From the NCBI GenBank assembly GCA_963666985.2, contig CAXXIA010000002.1:2176001-2240000 (forward strand): DNA of 64,000 nucleotides. The letters run 5' to 3'. The DNA comes from Spirochaetia bacterium (GTDB lineage Bacteria > Spirochaetota > Spirochaetia > DSM-2461). Position numbers and translations under genes: made by a program. Below the pieces are notes generated by a model. It was not told the DNA's origin and did no database searches. It saw only the letters and a program-made list of their open reading frames with translations. Positions within the stretch are counted from its first letter, which is position 1. The number at the start of each line of letters is the position of its first letter. This document shows positions 58,581 to 64,000 of this stretch, one piece after another.

Positions 58581-59792
58581 ATGCGCACAATCATAAAAAA
58601 CGGCCATGTGGTGACCCCCGCGGCGGTTCTGGAAGGGTTCGATGTCGTTCTGGAGGACGACCGGATTGCCGCGATTCTTCCCGGCGGGACGGCACAGAAT
58701 CAGCGGGACGGCAGCTCCGATCAGCCGGAGATTATCGACGCCTCCGATGCCGTCGTTATGCCCGGTCTCATCGACATTCACGCGGATTTCATCGAGAGCA
58801 TGGTCGCACCCAGACCCACCAGCGTGATGAACATGGATCTGGCCTTCCGCGAAGCCGAACGGGTTCTGGCCGTCAACGGCATCACCACGATGTTCCATTC
58901 CATCTCCTTCATCAGTAATCTTCACGCCTTTTCCACCCCCGTGCGGGCGCCGGAACTGACCAAAACCCTGCTGGATGTTATTGCCGCTTCTCACGGGAAA
59001 CCGCACCTGATTCATCACCGTTTTCACGCGCGTTTTGAACTGGACAGCGTGGACAGAATCGAGGAAGTCCAAAATTTCATCCGGGAAGGGAAAATCCACC
59101 TTCTTTCCATCATGGATCACACTCCCGGACAGGGGCAGTACAGCGACATGGCCATCTACAAGGACACCATGAAGAAGTGGAAGAACCTGGATGACGAGAG
59201 CGTGGAGAAGCTTGTCACCCTGGTACAGAACCGGAGCATGCTGAGTCTGGACGAGGTTAAGTGTCTGACCGACATGGCCCACGAATACGGCATCGCCGTG
59301 GCCAGTCATGATGATGATACCATTGAGAAACTTGATTTGGTGCAGAGTTTCGGCTCGGATATCAGCGAGTTTCCCATCACCATTGAAGTGGCCCGCGAGG
59401 CCCGAAAACGGGGCATGCATACCGTCGCCGGTGCGGCCAACGTTCTTTTGGGCGGATCCCACTCCGGAAATCTTTCGGCCGCCGAGGCGGTGAAAGAAGG
59501 CGTGGTGGACATCCTTTGCAGCGACTATTATCCGGCGGGCCTCCTTCATTCGATCTTCAAGCTTCGCGATCTTTTGGGAAAACCTCTTCATGAAATGGTG
59601 AATCTTGTCACGCGGAATCCCGCCCTGGCGGTCGGTATCGGAGATGAGACCGGCTCACTGGAAACCGGAATGCGGGCCGATGTGATTATCGTGCGGGACA
59701 TTGCCCCCGAATCAGGCGGCTATCCGACGGTGAGCGATGTCTTCGCGGCCGGTCGGCATATCCTTTCGGCCAGGTACCGGAGAGATTCATGA
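58581..59792 (+). CDS. phnM: Alpha-D-ribose 1-methylphosphonate 5-triphosphate diphosphatase
   Basis: PGLIDIHAD, MDHTPGQGQY, ASHDD, SEFP, SHSGN, SDYYP. Likely start 58581 (or 58572); the track start 58461 lies inside the repeat element. Confidence 0.93.
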   Translation: MRTIIKNGHVVTPAAVLEGFDVVLEDDRIAAILPGGTAQNQRDGSSDQPEIIDASDAVVMPGLIDIHADFIESMVAPRPTSVMNMDLAFREAERVLAVNGITTMFHSISFISNLHAFSTPVRAPELTKTLLDVIAASHGKPHLIHHRFHARFELDSVDRIEEVQNFIREGKIHLLSIMDHTPGQGQYSDMAIYKDTMKKWKNLDDESVEKLVTLVQNRSMLSLDEVKCLTDMAHEYGIAVASHDDDTIEKLDLVQSFGSDISEFPITIEVAREARKRGMHTVAGAANVLLGGSHSGNLSAAEAVKEGVVDILCSDYYPAGLLHSIFKLRDLLGKPLHEMVNLVTRNPALAVGIGDETGSLETGMRADVIIVRDIAPESGGYPTVSDVFAAGRHILSARYRRDS

Positions 59793-60394
59793 AGTATTCC
59801 GAAGAACCGAGCATCGGAAAAGACTGCGAGCTGGTCAATGTCGAACTCGGTATGTGGACGGAAGTAGGGGAGAAGAACTGGCTTCAGAACACGGAGCTTG
59901 GGGATTGGTCCTACACCGGACAGATGTGCATCGTTCAGAATACAGTCATCGGCAAGTTCTCCAACATCGCCGCCATGGTTCGTCTCGGTCCCACCGATCA
60001 TCCGATGGAACGGCCCACGATGCATCATTTTACCTACCGGTGCCGAGCCTTTGGGCTTTCGGATACTGACGACGAAGAGTTCTTTGCCAAGCGGGTATCC
60101 CGGAAAACGTTCATCGGCCATGATACCTGGCTGGGCCATGGGGTGATTGTCATGCCCGAGGTGACTATCGGAGTCGGCGCGGTTATCGGAAGCGGAGCTT
60201 TGGTTACCAAAGATATCGGCGATTACGAGGTGGCCGTGGGAATCCCTGCGAAAACGGTGAAGCGGCGATTTCCGGATGATATCGCCAAAAGGCTGAAGGC
60301 GACCGCTTGGTGGGATTGGGATTATGAAACAATCAAGGACCGCCTGGATGATTTTCGCCTGCCGGTTGAAGAGTTTTTGGAGAAATACGGCTGA
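59789..60394 (+). CDS. Hexapeptide-repeat acetyltransferase associated with phosphonate metabolism
   Basis: IGKFSNIAA, HPMERPTMHHFTYR, IGHDTWLGHG, WWDW. Confidence 0.88.
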   Translation: MKYSEEPSIGKDCELVNVELGMWTEVGEKNWLQNTELGDWSYTGQMCIVQNTVIGKFSNIAAMVRLGPTDHPMERPTMHHFTYRCRAFGLSDTDDEEFFAKRVSRKTFIGHDTWLGHGVIVMPEVTIGVGAVIGSGALVTKDIGDYEVAVGIPAKTVKRRFPDDIAKRLKATAWWDWDYETIKDRLDDFRLPVEEFLEKYG

Positions 60395-60513
60395 GAGGCG
60401 CCCGAAGATCAGGAGGCGTACCGCGGCCGCCGAACGAACCGAATGAGCATGCCGCGAGACTTGCCTCCCCTACGAAGTTTCGTATCAGGCGAGAAACGCC
60501 CAAGGAGATCATA

Positions 60514-61218
60514 TTGAACAACATTCTTGAAATATCGGGTCTGTCCAAGACCTTTCGCATTCACCGTTTGGAAAAGGATATTCCCGCCTGTCGGGACGTA
60601 TCCATTGCCGTGGCTCCGGGGGAGTTCGTAGGCATTACCGGGAAGTCGGGCAGCGGAAAGTCCACTATCCTGAAACTGGCTTACAGAACCTACAGACCCC
60701 AGACCGGCAGCATTATGTACGATTCGAAGGCCTATGGTCCGGTGGATATGCTGAGCATCGACGAGCGAAAGGTTATCCATCTCAGGCAATGGGAAATCGG
60801 TTATGTCAGTCAGTTTCTGAACGTGGTTCCCCGCACCAGCGCACTGCAGATCGTCGAGACAGGCGCCTTGGAAACCGGGGCCGAGCCTGAGGAGGCCGGG
60901 AAAAAGGCCGAGGAAATGCTTCGCCATTTTGAATTGGACGAAGGACTCTGGGACACCTATCCGCAAACTTTTTCCGGCGGTGAAAAGCTCCGGCTGAACA
61001 TCGCCCGCGCCATGGTTAAAGCCCCCCGGCTCCTCTTGCTGGATGAACCCACGGCCAGTCTGGACAATCACAGCAAGAAGCGCGTGGCCGAGGTTCTGCA
61101 TCAGTTGAAGAACGACGGCACCACCATTCTGGGGATTTTTCACGATCTGGATTTCATGGAAGGTTTGTGCGATAAGGAGTACAACATGGATTCCGGCCGT
61201 TTCGTCGGTGCCGCTTAA
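60514..61218 (+). CDS. phnL: C-P lyase ATPase PhnL
   Basis: GKSGSGKS, YVSQFL, TFSGGEK, DEPTASLD, GIFHD. Confidence 0.92.
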   Translation: MNNILEISGLSKTFRIHRLEKDIPACRDVSIAVAPGEFVGITGKSGSGKSTILKLAYRTYRPQTGSIMYDSKAYGPVDMLSIDERKVIHLRQWEIGYVSQFLNVVPRTSALQIVETGALETGAEPEEAGKKAEEMLRHFELDEGLWDTYPQTFSGGEKLRLNIARAMVKAPRLLLLDEPTASLDNHSKKRVAEVLHQLKNDGTTILGIFHDLDFMEGLCDKEYNMDSGRFVGAA

Positions 61219-61229
61219 GAGTCGCGGCC

Positions 61230-62225
61230 ATGTTGGGCGATCTTCACGTTCATACACGCTTCTCCGACGGATCTTATGAGATCCGCGAAGCTCTCGCGGA
61301 AGCTTCCCGCCGGGGGCTGGATTACATTTCTTTTGTCGATCACGACACCGTTGAGCAGACATCGGCGGCGCTGAAAATCGCTGCCGCCGGAACAGCAATC
61401 GGACCGCGTACTGACGGCGAAGCGGAACCGGAGTCCGCGGCGGCTGAAATCGCGGCGGCATCCCCACCATGCGACGGCGCGGAACCGGGAGGGGAGGACA
61501 ATTTGCGGGCCGCCGCTTCAGATTCAATGTCCGCCATGCCTTTAATTATTCCCGGAGTGGAAATCTCGGCGTACGACTTCAGCCGTGGCCGCAAGGTTCA
61601 TATCCTGGGCTACGGTTACGATGCAAAGGCCTCATCCATCCGCGGTCTCTGCGATCCGCTCATTCGCAGACGTCATGAAAACACATTGATGCAGGCCGAA
61701 AAGCTTCGCGAAGCCGGATATTCCGTGGATGAAGAGGCGCTCAAAGCCGTCGCGTTCGGTGAAGGCGGAGCCGGGAAGTGGTTCTACAAGCAGCACATCA
61801 TGCTGGTTCTGATGGCCGCCGGTTCGGCCGACGCGGTGTACGGCCCCCTCTACAAATCGCTGTTCAAGGGAGAGGGAATCTGCTCTCGGGACATTACCTA
61901 TGTCGATGCCCGCGATGCGGTGAAAGCCGTCGTCGAGGACGGAGGCCTTGCCGTTCTGGCTCATCCCGGACAAACCGATTCCTGGGACTTCATCCCGGAT
62001 CTGGTGGAAGCGGGACTTTCGGGCATTGAACTCTACCATGAAGACCACGGTAAAGCGGAGCATAGGAAGGTTCGCGCGGCGGCCAAGCGGTACGGACTTT
62101 TCTTTTCCGGCGGATCGGACGATCACGGGGATTGGGGCAGTGAGTACCGGATGGGTGAGATTCGAACACCGTTCGGCGCATTGGATGAAATGAAGAAACG
62201 CGGCGCCGCGCGTATTGTTCTTTAA
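61230..62225 (+). CDS. PHP-domain phosphoesterase, probable PhnPP cyclic phosphate dihydrolase (with ~50-aa insertion)
   Basis: DLHVHTRFSDG, DHDT, GVEIS, HILG, AHP, GGSDDHG; lies inside the phn operon, which shows no phnP or phnN in this window. Confidence 0.8.
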   Translation: MLGDLHVHTRFSDGSYEIREALAEASRRGLDYISFVDHDTVEQTSAALKIAAAGTAIGPRTDGEAEPESAAAEIAAASPPCDGAEPGGEDNLRAAASDSMSAMPLIIPGVEISAYDFSRGRKVHILGYGYDAKASSIRGLCDPLIRRRHENTLMQAEKLREAGYSVDEEALKAVAFGEGGAGKWFYKQHIMLVLMAAGSADAVYGPLYKSLFKGEGICSRDITYVDARDAVKAVVEDGGLAVLAHPGQTDSWDFIPDLVEAGLSGIELYHEDHGKAEHRKVRAAAKRYGLFFSGGSDDHGDWGSEYRMGEIRTPFGALDEMKKRGAARIVL

Positions 62226-62295
62226 AGAAAGCTTTGCCGCTTCGATTCTTATTGTTTTTTAAGTCCCTGATGAGTCCGATTGTCCTGACGCTTTC

Positions 62296-62346
62296 TTAAC
62301 CGATTTTTATTTCAATAGAAACGGCCGATTCACCGTATCCTCATGG
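62296..62346 (+). promoter_or_regulatory. Candidate PHO-box-like repeats upstream of phnD
   Basis: TTAACC (62296), TTCACC (62329), CTCATG (62340) in 11-bp register, resembling the phnG upstream region. Confidence 0.45.
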
Positions 62347-62428
62347 TTCGGCTCGTAATGTGTGGAAAGAATGCCGAATGATCAATTTTTCGTTCGGAAA
62401 AACTTTAAATAAAAAGGAAGTGTTTACA

Positions 62429-63439
62429 ATGAAGAAGATTCTTTTTGTTCTCCTCCTCGCCCTCATGGCCTGTGCGTTCGTCTTCGCGAACGGCGGCAAG
62501 GAAGATTCCGAGAAGTCCCTTGTCTGGGTTTGGTATCCCAATGAATCGGCTCCCGAATATGCCGAGTCCCGCGCGGAAATCATCCGGATTGCCTCCGAAA
62601 CTCTCGGTAAGGAAATTACCGAACAGCTGACGACGGATTATGCCGTTGCGATTGAGGCTCTTGTGTCGGGAAACGCCGCCTTTTCCTGGTTCGGCGGTGA
62701 AGGTTATGTTCAGGCTCACGCCAAGAACGCCGCCGTTCTTCCTCTGGTCACCAACTCTCCCAGCGACACTCTGGCCAACGCCAAGTACTACAGCATGCTC
62801 GGCTGTCTGCTTGAAAATGCCGGTCAGTACAAAGTCGGCGGAAAGTTCGATCTGTCCACCCTGAAAGGCAAAAGGTTTTCTTTCGTCTCCAACTCTTCCA
62901 CTTCCGGTTTCCGGGTGCCCTCCAGCGTTATCAGTAAGCAATTCAACGTTGGTTCCGAAGATCTTCTGGAATCCGGTCCGGTGTTCTCCGAAGTGATGTT
63001 CGGCGGTTCCCACCAGGGTTCGTTCTTCAACGTTCTTACCGGCAAGGCCGATATCGGCGCCTTCTGTAACGAGTGTATCTATAACTACGTCGACTGGAGC
63101 CAGGCCAACTACGAAGATCCCGTACCCGGCGATATCATCACCGTTCTTCCCGCCTCTCGGAACGAGGCTCCTTTCGATCAGGTTCCCGGCGTGAAAGTTC
63201 AGCTCGTGGCGACCGTTCCGGTTCTCAACGCGCCTTTCGTTATCAACACCGATCTGCTGACCGACGAAGAAATCAAGGCTCTTGAGGCCGTGTACTGCTC
63301 TGATGAGACCATGAACAACAAACTCATCTTCGCCCCGAAAGAAGGCGGAGTGAAGTCTCCCTTCCGCGAAGGAGCTCGGTTCCTTCCCGTTACCGACGAT
63401 TGGTACGATCCGATCCGGAAACTCAGCGGATTGAAGTAG
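62429..63439 (+). CDS. phnD: Phosphonate ABC transporter substrate-binding protein
   Basis: Signal peptide ..FANGGKE; TDYAVAIEAL, SSTSGF, GGSHQGS. Likely start 62429; track start is 62360. Confidence 0.9.
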   Translation: MKKILFVLLLALMACAFVFANGGKEDSEKSLVWVWYPNESAPEYAESRAEIIRIASETLGKEITEQLTTDYAVAIEALVSGNAAFSWFGGEGYVQAHAKNAAVLPLVTNSPSDTLANAKYYSMLGCLLENAGQYKVGGKFDLSTLKGKRFSFVSNSSTSGFRVPSSVISKQFNVGSEDLLESGPVFSEVMFGGSHQGSFFNVLTGKADIGAFCNECIYNYVDWSQANYEDPVPGDIITVLPASRNEAPFDQVPGVKVQLVATVPVLNAPFVINTDLLTDEEIKALEAVYCSDETMNNKLIFAPKEGGVKSPFREGARFLPVTDDWYDPIRKLSGLK

Positions 63440-63489
63440 TCGGTTCCGGCGGCATTCTTCGGGAGGCCGTCCGGTTGCGACATTCCCAT

Positions 63490-63535
63490 ACCGCAGGCTT
63501 TCTTCCGTGAAAGCGGAGAGCCTGCGGTTCATTTT
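63490..63535 (+). terminator. Intercistronic hairpin between phnD and phnC
   Basis: ACCGCAGGCT ... AGCCTGCGGT followed by TCATTTT. Confidence 0.55.
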
Positions 63536-63557
63536 GTTTCAGCGAGGAGACCTTCTC

Positions 63558-64000
63558 ATGGCCCTTCTTGAGGTGATGAACCTCACCAAATTCTACAAAG
63601 ATGTTCCGGCTCTGACCGGTGTGAATTTCAGCATAAAAAAAGGTGAATTCGTTTCCGTTATCGGTCCGTCGGGATCGGGAAAAACGACATTAATCCGATG
63701 CATCAACCGCCTGATCGACGCCAGCGACGGCTCCATCAATTATGAAGGAACCGATTTGCTTTCCCTTAAAGGCAAAGACCTCCGGCACGCCCGGGCGAAA
63801 ATCGGAATGATTTTTCAGCATTATAATCTGGTAACCCGGCTGACTGTTATTGAAAACGTGCTTCATGGCCGTTTGGGATATAAATCCAGCGTCGCCGGAG
63901 TTCTCGGTCTGTACAGCAGCGAGGAAAAAGAGAAAGCCGTCGAGGTACTCAGGCTTCTCGGACTGGAAGATTATGTTTACCGCCGCTGCGATCAGCTTTC
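63558..64000 (+). CDS. phnC: Phosphonate ABC transporter ATPase (5' part; runs off window edge)
   Basis: Not in ORF track. Manual translation MALLEV..GPSGSGKTTLIRCINRL..GMIFQHYNLV..ENVLHGRLG; RBS GAGGAG. Confidence 0.9.
   Translation, partial: MALLEVMNLTKFYKDVPALTGVNFSIKKGEFVSVIGPSGSGKTTLIRCINRLIDASDGSINYEGTDLLSLKGKDLRHARAKIGMIFQHYNLVTRLTVIENVLHGRLGYKSSVAGVLGLYSSEEKEKAVEVLRLLGLEDYVYRRCDQL

Overview
Bacterial chromosomal segment, GC-rich backbone, probably a free-living anaerobic spirochaete (inferred only from 'ASG/ANG' type signal peptides on solute-binding proteins). It is almost entirely metabolic: an aminotransferase plus Na+/solute symporter; a GntP permease; a sigma54-type purine uptake/deamination operon; an AT-rich LysR-controlled Opp-type ABC island (~12.0-19.8 kb); an iorAB-paaK-paaK-ACT aryl-acid cluster; a ~17.6 kb catabolic cluster (TctCBA, oxidoreductases, aldolase, deacetylase, isomerases, Pfk) that I cannot assign to a known pathway; a second AT-rich peptide ABC island (~43.8-53.5 kb) bounded by a duplicated piece of the phn upstream region; and a C-P lyase operon (phnGHIJK-M-acetyltransferase-L-PHP-D-C). 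The most unusual signals are about 400 extra residues of low-complexity in-frame insertions in the Phn proteins, the 33/55-bp direct repeat around island 2, and two families of covarying palindromic intergenic elements. I saw no rRNA, tRNA, CRISPR array, integrase or transposase. All calls come from reading motifs by eye; no searches were run.
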